A stretch of DNA of 64,000 bases from Macrostomum lignano (GCA_002269645.1 NIVC01003287.1:1-64000); one strand, 5' to 3'; positions 47,690-63,589 are shown, counted from the first letter of the stretch. Translations and numbers: made by a program. Notes: generated from the letters alone by a model not told the origin.

Positions 47690-48710
47690 AAAACTGGGTG
47701 TCCGGAGTGCTAAACTGGGTGTCCGGAGTGCCAAACTGGGTGTCCGGAGTGCTAAACTGGGTGTCAGGATTTACAAACTGGGTGTCAGGATTTACAAACT
47801 GGGTGTCAGGATTTACAAACTGGGTGTCAGGATTTACAAACTGGGTGTCAGGAGTGCCAAACTGAGTGTCAGGAGTGCCAAACTGACTGTCAGGAGTGCC
47901 AAACTGGGTGTCAGGAGTGCCAAACTGACGGTCAGGAGTGCCAAACTGGGTGTCAGGAGTGCCAAACTGGGTGTCAGGAGTGCCAAACTGAGTGTCAGGA
48001 GTGCCAAACTGGGTGTCAGGAGTGCCAAACTGGGTGTCAGGAGTGCCAAACTGGGTGTCAGGAGTGCCAAACTGGGTGTCAGGATTTACAAACTGGGTGT
48101 CAGGAGTGCCAAACTGGGTGTCAGGAGTGCCAAACTGGGTGTCAGGAGTGCCAAACTGGGTGTCAGGAGTGCCAAACTGGGTGTCAGGAGTGCCAAACTG
48201 GGTGTCAGGATTGTCAAACTGGGTGTCAGGAGTGCCAAACTGGGTGTCAGGAGTGCCAAACTGAGTGTCAGGAGTGCCAAACTGGGTGTCAGGAGTGCCA
48301 AACTGGGTGTCAGGAGTGTCAAACTGGGTGTCAGGATTGTCAAACTGGGTGTCAGGAGTGCCAAACTGGGTGTCAGGATTGTCAAACTGGGTGTCAGGAT
48401 TGTCAAACTGGGTGTCAGGATTGTCAAACTGGGTGTCAGGAGTGACAAACTGGGTGTCAGGATTGTCAAACTGGGTGTCAGGAGTGCCAAACTGGGTGTC
48501 AGGATTGTCAAACTGGGTGTCAGGAGTGCCAAACTGGGTGTCAGGATTGTCAAACTGGGTGTCAGGATTGTCAAACTGGGTGTCAGGATTGTCAAACTGG
48601 GTGTCAGGAGTGACAAACTGGTGTCAGGATTGTCAAACTGGGTGTCAGGATTGTCAAACTGGGTGTCAGGATTTACAAACTGGGTGTCAGAGCGCCAAAC
48701 TGGGTGTCAA
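47690..48710. repeat. 21-bp minisatellite (aaactgggtgtcaggagtgcc), TSC2 intron
   Basis: About 48 copies. Confidence 0.96.
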
Positions 48711-48724
48711 GAGCAGAGCATCAC

Positions 48725-49179
48725 CTGAGGCACTCGCAGGTGATCCAGCCTGTCGCAGGACAGCCTGAGCAGTTCGCTGTCGTCCCGCAGTCTCAGCGGT
48801 GCAATATTATTCAGTCCGGCAGGTGACAGGCCGCGGTACATCGCGTGAAAAGCCGCCACGGCGGCGGCCGAATCGTCCACGTCGCTCTCAGCGGCGGCTG
48901 ACAGCTTCACCGCGGCCGACGTGACGCCGGCTACTCGGTGGATTCGAACCTCGGACCTACCAGCAAACGAAGTTGGGGCTACGCAAATCAGACTGGAGCC
49001 AATGAGCCAGCGGTGCTGAGTCTTTGTTGTCTGCTGTTGGTGGTCTTTGTTCTCAGATTCCGGTGCTGATGAGGCCGCTCTAAACACAACGGCGGCTTCG
49101 GCGGCTGATGTTGGAGACTGGGGAGCACCTGAGTCTGTCGCTTTGAGCAGCTCTGAGCAGTGGTTGAGATGATTGGGTC
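48725..49179 (-). CDS. TSC2: TSC2 exon
   Basis: (G)PNHLNH...WLIGSSLICV...RSEVRIHRVAGVTS...SCDRLDHLRVPQ. 455 nt, phase 1/0. Confidence 0.85.
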
Positions 49180-49218
49180 CTTTTAATACAATCTTAGCCT
49201 TAATAAAAAAAAACAAAT

Positions 49219-49680
49219 TGATTCTTCAGGGGAAAGAGCCGATTCTTCAGGGGAAAGAGCCGATTCTTCAGGGGAAAGAGCCGATTCTTCAGGGGAAAGA
49301 GCCGATTCTTCAGGGGAAAGAGCCGATTCTTCAGGGTAAAGAGCCGATTCTTCAGGGTAAACAGCCGATTCTTCAGGGGAAAGAGCCGATTCTTCAGGGG
49401 AAAGAGCCGATTCTTCAGGGGAAAGAGCCAATTCTTCAGGGGAAAGCGATGATTCTTCAGGGGAAAGAGCCGATTCTTCAGGGGAAAGAGCCGATTCTTC
49501 AGGGGAAAGAGTCGATTCTTCATGGGAAAGAGCCGATTCTTCAGGGGAAAGAGCCAATTCTTCAGGGGAAAGCGATGATTCTTCAGGGGAAAGAGATGAT
49601 TCTTCAGGAGAGAGAGCCGATTCTTCAGGGGAAAGAGCCGATTCTTCAGGGGAAAGAGCCGATTCATCAGGGGAAGAAGC
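49219..49680. repeat. 21-bp minisatellite (gattcttcaggggaaagagcc), TSC2 intron
   Basis: About 22 copies. Confidence 0.96.
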
Positions 49681-49702
49681 CAGTTTTATTCCCCACACTC
49701 AC

Positions 49703-49893
49703 CAGTCTCGTCCAGATCCAGCGGAAGCACTGAGAAGTGCTCGGCCAGGTCGCAGGTGACAGCCGCCAGGTCCCGGTTGAAATCCCGAGTGTCAAAGGCG
49801 GCCACGTTGCCGAGACGGAGGAGCGAGTGGATGCCAGGGCGGCTGTCCGAAGCCCGCTGGTCCGGGCCGCTGCGTAGCAGGCCGGACACTAGC
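49703..49893 (-). CDS. TSC2: TSC2 exon
   Basis: (R)LVSGLLRSG...DLAAVTCDLAEHFSVLPLDLDET(G). 191 nt, phase 2/1. Confidence 0.82.
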
Positions 49894-49929
49894 CTGTGGC
49901 GAGGGCGGATCGATTCTGATTACGTGCAG

Positions 49930-50880
49930 ATTTGTGCCTGATTAGGGGCGGATTGGTGTCTGATTAGGGGCGGATTTGTGTCTGATTAGGGGGCGAATTG
50001 GTGTCTGATTAGGGGGCGGATTGGTGTCTGATTAGGGGCGGATTTGTGTCTGATTAGGGGGGATTGGTGTCCGATTAGGGGGCGGATTTGTGTCTGATTA
50101 GGGGGGATTGGTGTCTGATTAGGGGCGGATTTGTGTCTGATTAGGGGGGATTGGTGTCTGATTAGGGGCGGATTGGTGTCTGATTAGGGGCGGATTTGTG
50201 TCTGATTAGGGGCGGATTGGTGTCTGATTAGGAGGCGGATTTGTGTCTGATTAGGGGGGATTGGTGTCTGATTAGGGGCGGATTGGTGTCTGATTAGGGG
50301 CGGATTTTTGTCTGATTAGGGGCGGATTGGTGTCTGATTAGGGGCGGATTTGTGTCTGATTAGGGGGGATTGGTGTCTGATTAGGGGCGGATTTGTGTCT
50401 GATTCGAGGGCGGATTGGTGTCTGATTAGGGGCGGATTTGTGATTAGGGGTGGATTTGTGATTAGGGGTGGATTTGTGATTAGGGGTGGATTTGTGATTA
50501 GGGGTGGATTTGTGATTAGGGGTGGATTTGTGATTAGGGGTGGATTTGTGATTAGGGGTGGATTTGTGATTAGGGGTGGATTTGTGATTAGGGGTGGATT
50601 TGTGATTAGGGGTGGATTTGTGATTAGGGGTGGATTTGTGATTAGGGGTGGATTTGTGATTAGGGGTGGATTTGTGATTAGGTGCGGATTTGTTTCTGAT
50701 TAGGGGGCGGATTGGTGTCTGATTAGGGGCGGATTTGTGTCTGATTAGGGGCGGATTTGTGTCTGATTAGGGGCGGATTTGTGTCTGATTAGGGGCGGAT
50801 TTGTGTCTGATTAGGGGCGGATTTGTGTCTGATTAGGGGCGGATTTGTGTCTGATTAGGGGTGGATCGGTGTCTGAGTAG
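49930..50880. repeat. About 22-bp minisatellite (tgattaggggcggatttgtgtc) with an inner 18-bp sub-array at about 50435-50690
   Basis: Tandem copies; units contain TTAGGG. Confidence 0.95.
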
Positions 50881-51744
50881 CAGCGGATTAGTGTGAATAA
50901 AACGGCAGACAGGCAGGCAGTCTATTGGGAATAAAGATGTGTAACTCACACTCACACGTGACACAACTTAAACGAGCGTATTGACAGCAAGCCAAAAGCA
51001 AATATCGATCAGTCTGTGTACGCCAGCATGCCCCGCCCTATGGTATAAAATATTTAAGTTGTAGAAAAGTGCCCACTTCTATTTTATTAACTTAATTTCG
51101 ATATTCTTTACATAATCTACTACTAAGTTCTAATGGCAGGGAATATTTAACAACTTTTACAATACTTTTTTGACAAAACAACGCAAGCAAATTACTGATG
51201 AGAGGCACACGAAACACGTCAGGTGCAGCACACGCGGAGTCAAAACTGTGAAATTATCACATCTATACTGTATAAAGATTATTAGTTTCAAACAAATACT
51301 ACTCATGCTTGTTTTAGTTAGTAGTAATAGTTGAATATCTATATTCTGAATTTATACATTTACATAACAAAATCTGCAACCCAATTACAAAGCGCTAATT
51401 CTATACTACTTTTACAAAGACAAAATTCAGTAGTATAGACGATTTTCAACAAAAAATATTGCATGCATGAACATTAAAAAATTATAATGGTAAGAATATC
51501 GGCTTTGGAAAACTAGGAATGGGAAACAGGGGCTACCGCTGTGTCTTACTTTAATCCTTACCCATCACATTCGAGTGACAGAGAGTCCAAGTTGCTGCAG
51601 AATTGGCAGTATCCGTGTTGTCATAATTCTAATTCAGATTAATCAAAAAAACATTAGAAAATTACCATTTAAATCTACTATATAACATGGAATAATTAAT
51701 CCCATTATCGAAATTCATAATAAACAAAATCGATCATAATATAA

Positions 51745-53305
51745 GAAAATGCCCATCATCTACAAATCCGCTCATAATATTAGAGAATGACAATTATCTA
51801 CAAAACCGCTCATCATATTGGAGAATGACCATTATCTACAAAACCGCTCATCATACCAGTATTAGAGAATGACCATCATCTACAAAACCGCTCATAATAT
51901 TAGAGAATGACCATCATCTACAAAACCGCTCATCATATTGGAGAATGACCATCATCTACAAATCCGCTCATCATACAAGTATTAGAGAATGACCATCATC
52001 TACAAAACCGCTCATAATATTAGAGAATGACCATCATCTACAAAACCGCTCATCATATTGGAGAATGACCATCATCTACAAATCCGCTCATCATATTAGA
52101 GAATGACCATCATCTACAAAACCGCTCATCATATTAGAGAATGACCATCATCTACAAAACCGCTCATAATATTAGAGAATGACCATCATCTACAAATCCG
52201 CTCATCATATTAGAGAATGACCATCATCTACAAAACCGCTCATAATATTAGAGAATGACCATCATCTACAAAACCGCTCATAATATTAGAGAATGACCAT
52301 TATCTACAAAACCGCTCATAATATTAGAGAATGACCATCATCTACAAATCCGCTCATCATATTAGAGAATGACCATCATCTACAAAACCGCTCATAATAT
52401 TGGAGAATGACCATCATCTACAAAACCGCTCATAATATTAGAGAATGACCATCATCTACAAAACCGCTCATAATATTAGAGAATGACCATTATCTACAAA
52501 ACCGCTCATAATATTAGAGAATGACCATCATCTACAAATCCGCTCATCATATTAGAGAATGACCATCATCTACAAAACCGCTCATCATACCAGTATTAGA
52601 GAATGACCATCATCTACAAAACCGCTCATAATATTAGAGAATGACCATCATCTACAAAACCGCTCATAATATTGGAGAATGACCATCATCTACAAATCCG
52701 CTCATAATATTAGAGAATGACCATCATCTACAAAACCGCTCATAATATTAGAGAATGACCATCAGCTACAAATCCGCTCATAATATTAGAGAATGACCAT
52801 CAGCTACAAATCCGCTCATAATATTAGAGAATGCCCATCATCTACAAATCCGCTCATAATATTGGAGAATGACCATCAGCTACAAATCCGCTCATAATAT
52901 TAGAGAATGACCATCATCTACAAAACCGCTCATAATATTAGAGAATGACCATCATCTACAAATCCGCTCAAAATATTAGAGAATGACCATCATCTACAAA
53001 ACCGCTCATAATATTAGAGAATGACCATCATCTACAAATCCGCTCATAATATTAGAGAATGACCATCATCTACAAATCCGCTCATAATATTGGAGAATGA
53101 CCATCAGCTACAAATCCGCTCATAATATTAGAGAATGCCATTATCTACAAAACCAGTCGTAACATTAGAGAATGACCATTATCTACAAAACCGCTCATAA
53201 TATTAGAGAATGACCATTATCTACAAAACCGCTCATAATATTAGAGAATGACCATTATCTACAAAACCAGTCATAACATTAGAGAATGACCATTATCTAC
53301 AAAAC
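51745..53305. repeat. 38-bp minisatellite (tattagagaatgaccatcatctacaaaaccgctcataa), about 40 copies
   Basis: Period 38. Confidence 0.96.
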
Positions 53306-53394
53306 GAAACGATAAGACGAACCGTTCATGTACTACTGTTATGGATATACTAACTATACTACTGAATGGGGATATATTTATCTAATTAACCCAC

Positions 53395-53894
53395 CTGCTC
53401 ATGGCTCGTTCGTTCAGACTGCCGCCTCTCGGCCTGTCGCTGCTATCCTCGTTGCTAAGCTGCCTAGCAACCGTCGCGACAGACGATTGTCGGCTGTCAT
53501 TTAATCTAAGCCGATGCTGACTCGTCACATTTAAAGACAGCTTGCTTGACTGTTGCTTTTGCAACAACTGCTGTTGCTGCTGTTGCTGCTGTTGCTGCCC
53601 TCCAAACATATTGGACAGTGTTGAAACTATAAATTCAGATTCATTAATCCGCTGCTGTCCCATAGGCAAGGCTAGCAGCAGTCTCAGCACAAGATCGTGA
53701 GCCAATTGGACACCGTAGCAGCTGCAACGGCCCGGATGGCAACCGGCCAGAGCTGATGACGTCAGGCATCGGTATTCGACTGGACTGAGGCTGACTAGCA
53801 GGTCCGGTTGGCGACAGAGGAATGATAGAAAGTGCAGCGCAGTTAGGGAGACTGGAGGCTGATCGTTTGATGTGGCGGCTGCGTCATCTGCTTC
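53395..53894 (-). CDS. TSC2: TSC2 exon
   Basis: EADD...LHFLSFLCRQPDLL (human LEFLSTLARLPHL)...YGVQLAHDLV...RPRGGSLNERAMS. 500 nt, phase 0/2. Confidence 0.88.
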
Positions 53895-53959
53895 CTGTTG
53901 GCGATGATAAAATAAATGAGATATAGAAATGATTCAATACATATTCACGCATCGTTGTG

Positions 53960-55310
53960 TTCACAACTAGTCACTGATTGTAGTCACACTAGTCACTGAT
54001 TGTGTTCACTAGTCACTGATTGTGTTCACACTAGTCACTGATTGTGTTCACACTAGTTACTGATTGTGTTCACAACTGGTCACTGATTGTAGTCACACTA
54101 GTCACTGATAGTGTTCACTAGTCACTGATTGTGTTCACACTAGTCACTGATTGTGTTCAGACTAGTCACTGATTGTAGTCACACTAGTCACTGATTGTGT
54201 TCACTAGTCACTGATTGTGTTCACACTAGTCACTGATTGTGTTCACACTAGTTACTGATTGTGTTCACAACTAGTCACTGATTGAATTCACACTAGTCAC
54301 TGATTGTGTTCACTAGTCACTGATTGTGTTCACACTAGTCACTGATTGTGTTCACACTAGTTACTAATTGTGTTCACAACTAGTCACTGATTGTAGTCAC
54401 ACTAGTCACTGATTGTGTTCACTAGTCACTGATTGTGTTCACACTAGTCACTGATTGTGTTCACACTAGTTACTGATTGTGTTCACAACTAGTCACTGAT
54501 TGTAGTCACACTAGTCACTGATTGTGTTCACACTAGTCACTGATTGTGTTCACACTAGTCACTGATTGTGTTCACACTAGTTACTGATTGTGTTCACAAC
54601 TAGTCACTGATTGAATTCACACTAGTCACTGATTGTGTTCACTAGTCACTGATTGTGTTCACACTAGTCACTGATTGTGTTCACACTAGTTACTGATTGT
54701 GTTCACAACTAGTCAATGATTGAATTCACACTAGTTACTGATTGTGTTCACAACTAATCAATGATTGAATTCACACTAGTCACTGATTGTAGTCACACTA
54801 GTCACTGATTGTGTTCACTAGTCACTGATTGTGTTCACACTAGTCACTGATTGTGTTCACACTAGTTACTGATTGTGTTCACACTAGTCAATGATTGAAT
54901 TCACACTAGTCACTGATTGTGTTCACATTAGTTACTGATTGTGTTCACACTAGTCACTGATTGTGTTCACACTAGTTACTGATTGTGTTCACAACTAGTC
55001 AATGATTGAATTCACACTAGTTACTGATTGTGTTCACAACTAGTCAATGATTGAATTCACACTAGTCACTGATTGTAGTCACACTAGTCACTGATTGTGT
55101 TCACTAGTCACTGATTGTGTTCACACTAGTCACTGATTGTGTTCACACTAGTCACTGATTGTGTTCACACTAGTTACTGATTGTGTTCACAACTAGTCAC
55201 TGATTGTGTTCACTAGTCACTGATTGTGTTCACACTAGTCACTGATTGTGTTCACACTAGTTACTGATTGTGTTCACAACTAGTCAATGATTGAATTCAC
55301 ACTAGTAACT
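53960..55310. repeat. 20-23-bp minisatellite (cactagtcactgattgtgttca) with a 109-bp higher-order repeat
   Basis: Variant units recur at 109-bp spacing (53979, 54088; 54174, 54283, 54392, 54501). Confidence 0.95.
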
Positions 55311-55789
55311 GAGCGGTCACATTATCAACTAATACATATTTATAACTTAGCTATCAGACAATGTTCACTCATTATTCACACTCCCGCCTAAATATTCACA
55401 CAATAACAGTCGGGCATTCACACAATCATTTGACCCTTTAAGCTTACACAATATCACCTAAGTATATTCACACAATTATTAACTATTAGAATTCGCACAA
55501 AATCACCAATTAGTGGCAAGTTAAAAATCACTTTTTTTAGCACTCACATAAATGGCCTATTAGGATTCACACAAATTTGCCTATTAGCATTCGCACAAAA
55601 CCACCAATTAGTGGCAAGTTAAAAATCGCTTTTTCTAGCACTCACATAAATGGCCTATTAGGATTCACACAAATTTGCCTATTAGCATTCACACAAAATC
55701 ACCTATTGGCATTAACACAAAAATCCCCTTTTAGCAGCATTCACACAAGACAAAATAGTCTATTAGCATTCACACAAAATCGTCTATCA

Positions 55790-56355
55790 GCATTCACAAA
55801 ATTGCCTATTAGCATTCACACAAAAATCACCTATTAGCAGCATTCACACAAGACAAAATAGTCTATTAGCATTCACACAAAATCGTCTATCAGCATTCAC
55901 AAAATTGCCTATTAGTTAGCATTCACACAATTGCCTATTAGTTAGCATTCACACAAAATAACCTATTAGTTAGCATTCACAAAATTGCCTATTAGTTAGC
56001 ATTCACACAAAATAACCTATTAGTTAGCATTCACAAAATTGCCTATTAGTTAGCATTCACAAAATTGCCTATTAGTTAGCATTCACACAATTGCCTATTA
56101 GTTAGCATTCACACAATTGCCTATTAGTTAGCATTCACACAATTGCCTATTAGTTAGCATTCACACAAAATAACCTATTAGTTAGCATTCACAAAATTGC
56201 CTATTAGTTAGCATTCACAAAATTGCCTATTAGTTAGCATTCACACAATTGCCTATTAGTTAGCATTCACACAATTGCCTATTAGTTAGCATTCACAAAA
56301 TTGCCTATTAGTTAGCATTCACACAAAATAACCTATTAGTTAGCATTCACAAAAA
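55790..56355. repeat. 26/28-bp minisatellite (cctattagttagcattcacaaaattg)
   Basis: Tandem copies, preceded by longer diverged duplications from about 55500. Confidence 0.92.
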
Positions 56356-56425
56356 TCGTCTATCAGCCTTCACTAAGCACTATCAATCCGAACAATACTC
56401 GCATTAATCACCCGAGTCTGCTCAC

Positions 56426-57085
56426 CGGGTGCTCAGCCAATTGCCAATCAGTGGGAGATCCCCGCTGCATAGCGAACAGCAGATGAGCCAGCTGAGGCAG
56501 CACAGGCCTCACAGCTCCGGGTGTCTCAATCAGCAGCTGTGTGAGAGCAGCCAGGGCGCTAGCGGCCAAGCCAGACTCTTGCGGATGCCGGCGACTCTGC
56601 AGATTTGACAGAATTTGGCAAACAGCCGCAGCCAGCTGGTTTTGCAGTTCTACCGGACAATCAAACAGATAGGGCGCCAGAGAGCGCGCCGCGGTTAGCG
56701 CCGATATTAAGATTGGCGCCGGTTGTTGTTGTTGCGAGAGAAGAAACTTAGACAGACTAACAATTAATGGAATGGCTGCCTCTTCTAGGGGAAGCAGATT
56801 CCGATGCGGAGCCAGTGCGCAGATGCCGTCTAGGAGAGCCCGGAGAACAGACAGATTGCGCTCGGTTGACAACAAAGAAGCCAACAGACACGTGGCTTTT
56901 GTTAAAGGCAGATAAACAAAATCCTGTTGAATCTGTTGCTTTTTGTCCTCTAGAAGCAGCAGACAAATGCGACGCGAGGGCACCAATTTGGAGCCGGTTC
57001 GATCGTCTAATCGAAAGCTGACAATGAAATCTACTAATGCCAATCGAATATCGCGGCTCTGCTGTTGCTGGGGCAGCTGGGAGAT
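56426..57085 (-). CDS. TSC2: TSC2 exon
   Basis: ISQLPQQQQSRDIRLALVDFIVSFRLD...LTQLLIETPGAVRPVLPQL...AEHP. 660 nt, phase 0/0. Confidence 0.87.
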
Positions 57086-57329
57086 CTGGGAGGGCAGGGT
57101 GAAGATGGACGGTAAACATTATGTAAACTGCAGCTGTTTTGAGTGGTGTATTGGATATAAGGGGGGCATCAGAAACCCGAAAATTCACAACTCCGAAAGT
57201 GCTTCCCATTATTTATAAACGCGAAATACTTTATCATAACTCCGATAGAGCTAGCAACGCATAACGCTATTTTGGTTCCGGAGTTGTGATTTTTTCAGGT
57301 TTGTGATGGCAAGGTAACCCTTTATTAAG

Positions 57330-57950
57330 AATTATGAGGTATGAGATATGAAGTATAACATATTACATGAAATTAAATGTACGCAGCATGAGATTTGAGG
57401 TATTCGATACAAGATGTTAGATATTAAAAAATTAGAAGACACACAACATTAAATATGAGATTTAAGACATGAGATTTGAGATAGGAGATTAGAGATATGA
57501 AATTTGAGATATGACATTTGGAGTATGAGATTTAAGATATGATATTTGAGATATGAGATTCAGGATATGAGTTTGAGATATGAGATTTAAGATATGAAAT
57601 TTGAGATATGACATTTAAGATATGACATTTGGGGTATGAGATTTAAGATGAGATTTGAGATATGAGATTTGAGGTATGAGATGAGGTATGACTATGAAAT
57701 TTAAGATATGAGATTTGAGATATGAGATTTAAGATATGAGTTTGGGATATCAGATTAAAGATATGAGATTTGAGATTTGAGGTAGGAGATTTGAGATAGG
57801 AGATTTGAGGTAAGAGATTTGAGATAGAAGATATCAGGCACAAAACGTTAAAATTATTTACTAAAACAATTAGATACACATTTTTAAACACTAAATATGA
57901 GATCCGAGATATGAGACTTCAGATTTAAGATACAAAGCATGAGACATACA
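57330..57950. repeat. Degenerate 7/14-bp repeat (gagatttgagatat)
   Basis: Low-complexity tandem units. Confidence 0.85.
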
Positions 57951-58044
57951 AGACACAAATTTAGGCATAAACAATAATCAAACAATGCAGAAGATAGGGA
58001 TCGTAGAGATTTCAGTCCTGTCAATAGCTAAAACCCGAACTCAC

Positions 58045-58369
58045 CTGGCCAGCCAGCAGCTCGTACACCTGTACGGCGACCTCCAGACAGTCGTGGCGCA
58101 ACGATACGCTAAACACCGAGGACAGACCTCGGACAGCGGACAGCAGGGCTGAACCGGCCGAGTCTGTCTGGCACACCTGAGTAGCCCACACCAGACAGGC
58201 TGAGCGCAAGCATCTCTCAGGCTCTGAGCTGCCGCTTGACTGCGAGCTGTTGATCAGGCTGGTCAGCCAGCCCAGGCTCAGCTCCACTGCTGAGCAGGCG
58301 AACTGCTTGTCCGGCTGCTGAATGCGCTGCGCTGTGGCTGCGCTGTTTAGTGCGGATACGATGGGCAGC
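58045..58369 (-). CDS. TSC2: TSC2 exon
   Basis: (R)LPIVSAL...[12 protein letters not shown]. 325 nt, phase 2/0. Confidence 0.85.
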
Positions 58370-58396
58370 CTGGGTGGGGATTGGGGTTGGAGATAA

Positions 58397-59936
<1,540 letters not shown>

Positions 59937-59939
59937 GAC

Positions 59940-60165
59940 CTGTCACCACCAGCAGTCCTGTCAGTCCAGGCGGTGGCAAGCAGACGCAGTCCGGCCAGCG
60001 CCACAGGGGTCCTCAAAGAGTCGCCCAGAAGGCGGGGCGCCACCCGCAGGCAGTGCCGCCGGGCCCAGGCGCTCTGGCAGAGGCCGGCAGCCGCAGTCTG
60101 GGCGGGTCTCACGGGCAGACAGTTGAGCAGCAGTTCGTGGAGACGGTCCAAGTCAGCAGCGGAGC
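59940..60165 (-). CDS. TSC2: TSC2 exon
   Basis: (G)[15 protein letters not shown]...TAGGD(R). 226 nt, phase 1/2. Confidence 0.83.
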
Positions 60166-60459
60166 CTGTATTGTTGGCGGGCGATGGGGCAATTTTTTTA
60201 GGTTTCTCCTCTAGTTATAATGAAGCTAGAATGACTATCGATATGTATCATAATTATTTTTTGAGAATAAATTATTGCGACTGCTAGTGCGAGCATGAAA
60301 ACCTTTATAATATGGATCTGATCTTGTACAATAAACTCAAAAAAGTTTCTTTTACCGTAACTTATTTTCTAACGAATAAAATTTTACAATACCGAAACTT
60401 CCCTTTACTGACATCTTACCCCACCAAAAGTCCTGCACTGGAATACCTGCAATAGTTAA

Positions 60460-60880
60460 ACTCCCCTAACACTAAAATTCCCCTAATACTAAGATTCCCC
60501 AAATACTAAAATTCCCCTAATACTAAGATTCCCCTAATACTAAAATTCCCCTAATACAAAAATTCCCATAATACTAAAATTCCCCTAATAGTAAAATTCC
60601 CTTAATACTGAAATTCCCCTAATACTAAAATTCTCCTAATATTAAAATTTCCCTAATACTAAAATTCCCCTAACACTCAAATTCCCCTAATACTAAGATT
60701 CCCCTAATACTAAAATACCCCTAATACAAAAATTCCCATAATACTAAAATTCCCCTAATAGTAAATTTCCCATAATACTAAAATTCCCCTAATAGTAAAT
60801 TTCCCTTAATACTAAAATTCCCCTAATACTAAAATACCCCTAATACAAAAATTCCCCTAATACTAAAATTCCCCTAAACC
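60460..60880. repeat. 17-bp minisatellite (aaaattcccctaatact)
   Basis: Period 17; contains CCCTAA. Confidence 0.93.
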
Positions 60881-60953
60881 GAAATGCCCCAAATGAAATA
60901 CTCCATACAGAAATTCCCTCCTACCTAAGTCCCGCAATCAGTGCAATTCTCAC

Positions 60954-61452
60954 CTGTAAATAGTCGCTGTTTCTGCTGCACCTGACCAAAACCCAGCAGC
61001 TGCTCAATAGCCAGACAGACTTTCTCTTTGTCTCCAGCATTGCCGCCAACATCAAAATCGAACAGACACTTGTCCAACAGATCCAACAGAACAGTCCAGC
61101 ACAGGCTGCGTAACCCGGCAACCGTTGTCATGGCTTCTAATAGCCTAGCAACCGAGGCTAATATATCGAATGCCAGTTGCCTAGCAACAGGAGAATCGCT
61201 TGCGGCGGCAGCAGACTGACGGTTCAACGCTCTCAGCAGGCAGAGCAGCACGCTGGTGTAATTTGGGCACAGCTGATCCACTCGTTGACCCCGTTCACCC
61301 CAGAGCGCCAATGACAGACAGGCAACGGAGCCGCGCGCAATCTCAATGCTGCTGTCTGGCGACTCCAGCAGAGCGCACAGCACCAGCAGAGTTGCTTGGC
61401 CAAGATGGGAGCACAGCAAGGAGTGAACCACGTCCCAGGACTTGACGCTTAA
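60954..61452 (-). CDS. TSC2: TSC2 exon
   Basis: LSVKSWDVVHSLLCSHLGQ...ARGSVACLSLALWG...SVLLCLLRAL...WTVLLDLL. 499 nt, phase 0/1. Confidence 0.9.
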
Positions 61453-61514
61453 CTGCGGTGTTATGTAGATTTAATGTTTCTTTAGGCGGTTCACACCACC
61501 CAAGTAGGCCTCCA

Positions 61515-61880
61515 CTCATCTTTTCATACCCTCCCCTAATCTCTTGATACCCTCCACTCATCTCTTCATAACCCTCTCCTCATCTCTTCATAGCCCTCCC
61601 CTCATCTCTTCATAGCCCTCCCCTCATCTCTTCATAGCCCTCCCCTCATCTCTTCATAATTATAGCCCTCCCCTCATCTCTTCATAGCCCTCCCCTCATC
61701 TCTTCATAGCCCTCCCCTCATCTCTTCATAGCCCTCCCCTCATCTCTTCATATACCCCTCATCTCTTCATACCCACCATATCTTCATACCCTCCCCCTCA
61801 TATCTTCATAACCCTTCCCTAATCTCTTGATACCCTCCACTCATATCTTCATACCCTCCCCCTCATATCTTCATACCCCT
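61515..61880. repeat. 22-bp minisatellite (cccctcatctcttcatagccct)
   Basis: Period 22. Confidence 0.9.
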
Positions 61881-61924
61881 TGAAAGTACACGAACAAGTG
61901 CAAAAATGAGGCGGTAAATCTCAC

Positions 61925-62314
61925 AGCCGAATTAGTAGCCATAAGACACAGCGCCCTTAAAGTGGCCATCAGACACTCCATCGGCAAACTGTGATGCTGT
62001 ACCAGTTTCCTCAACAGAGCAACATAGTGCTGACCGCACTGACTGACATTGCTACCTGACTGAGTCAGAGACCAAACAGTCAGCGCCATATCGCGCACAT
62101 GTTCGTGATCCAGATGCCCAGCGTTGTGCTCGACTATGCTCAATAACAAAGGAAACAATGCGTTACAGGCCGAGGTTGAACCGCCAGTTCTAGCCAGCCA
62201 ACGGCATAGCAACGGGCCAGCTTCCTCCTCCATCAAGTTGAGATCGATGCCTGATCGAGTTAGGACTCGAAGAGCTTCGATTCGATCGCACAGCTCGGCG
62301 GGGTTCGAGTCCAC
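61925..62314 (-). CDS. TSC2: TSC2 exon
   Basis: VDSNPAELCDRIEALRVLTRSG...LPMECLMATLRALC. 390 nt, phase 0/0. Confidence 0.88.
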
Positions 62315-62442
62315 CTGAAGCGTTGAGAATTTCGGTGGATAATTAGTGAAATGGATCGAGATTTCAAAATATGAGATTGAGATGCGAGGTGAGTTGTTAA
62401 GTAGAGAAATGAGAGATTGAAATTAAAGATCAGAAATGAAAG

Positions 62443-63188
<746 letters not shown>

Positions 63189-63193
63189 CTAAC

Positions 63194-63430
63194 CTCGGGC
63201 AGTCCCGTATCAGTCTGCAGCGCCTGGAACATGGCGGCCCTGCCGTAGCCCAAGCACGGATAATAGGCGCCAGCAAGCGCCGTCACCAGGCGCCAAACAG
63301 CTGAGCGCGCATCGAAATTGTTTGTCTGGCCGGCATCCACCAGATCTCGAACTGCCAGCCAGATTCGCTCTAAACCACCGGATTCTGTCTCTAAGCGCCT
63401 GTTGGACACCAGCTCCGCCAACTGTTGAAC
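63194..63430 (-). CDS. TSC2: TSC2 N-terminal exon (first exon or exons lie beyond the window)
   Basis: VQQLAELV...IWLAVRDLV...DARSAVWRLVTAL...GRAAMFQAL resembles the tuberin N-terminus (LWKAVADLL...ARHAVLALL...LRALFF). 237 nt. Confidence 0.85.
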
Positions 63431-63589
63431 CTGGATTATTTGATATATAGGGATTATGGCTTATGAAGTTCTTTCTAATGCAGTAGTAAGCACTCTGGTA
63501 CTTCAAACTATCTCATGCTTCCCTAAGCGCAACCATCTTTCCCTAAGCATAATATCTTTAAATGCACAATTCATATTGTTTCCATGGCT

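Noticed and set aside
46411-49733. Repeat-peptide ORFs (SAAQATQP, NWVSGVP, LQGKEPI, SALSPEE)
   Set aside because: They come from 31-bp and 21-bp minisatellites in the TSC2 3' flank and introns.
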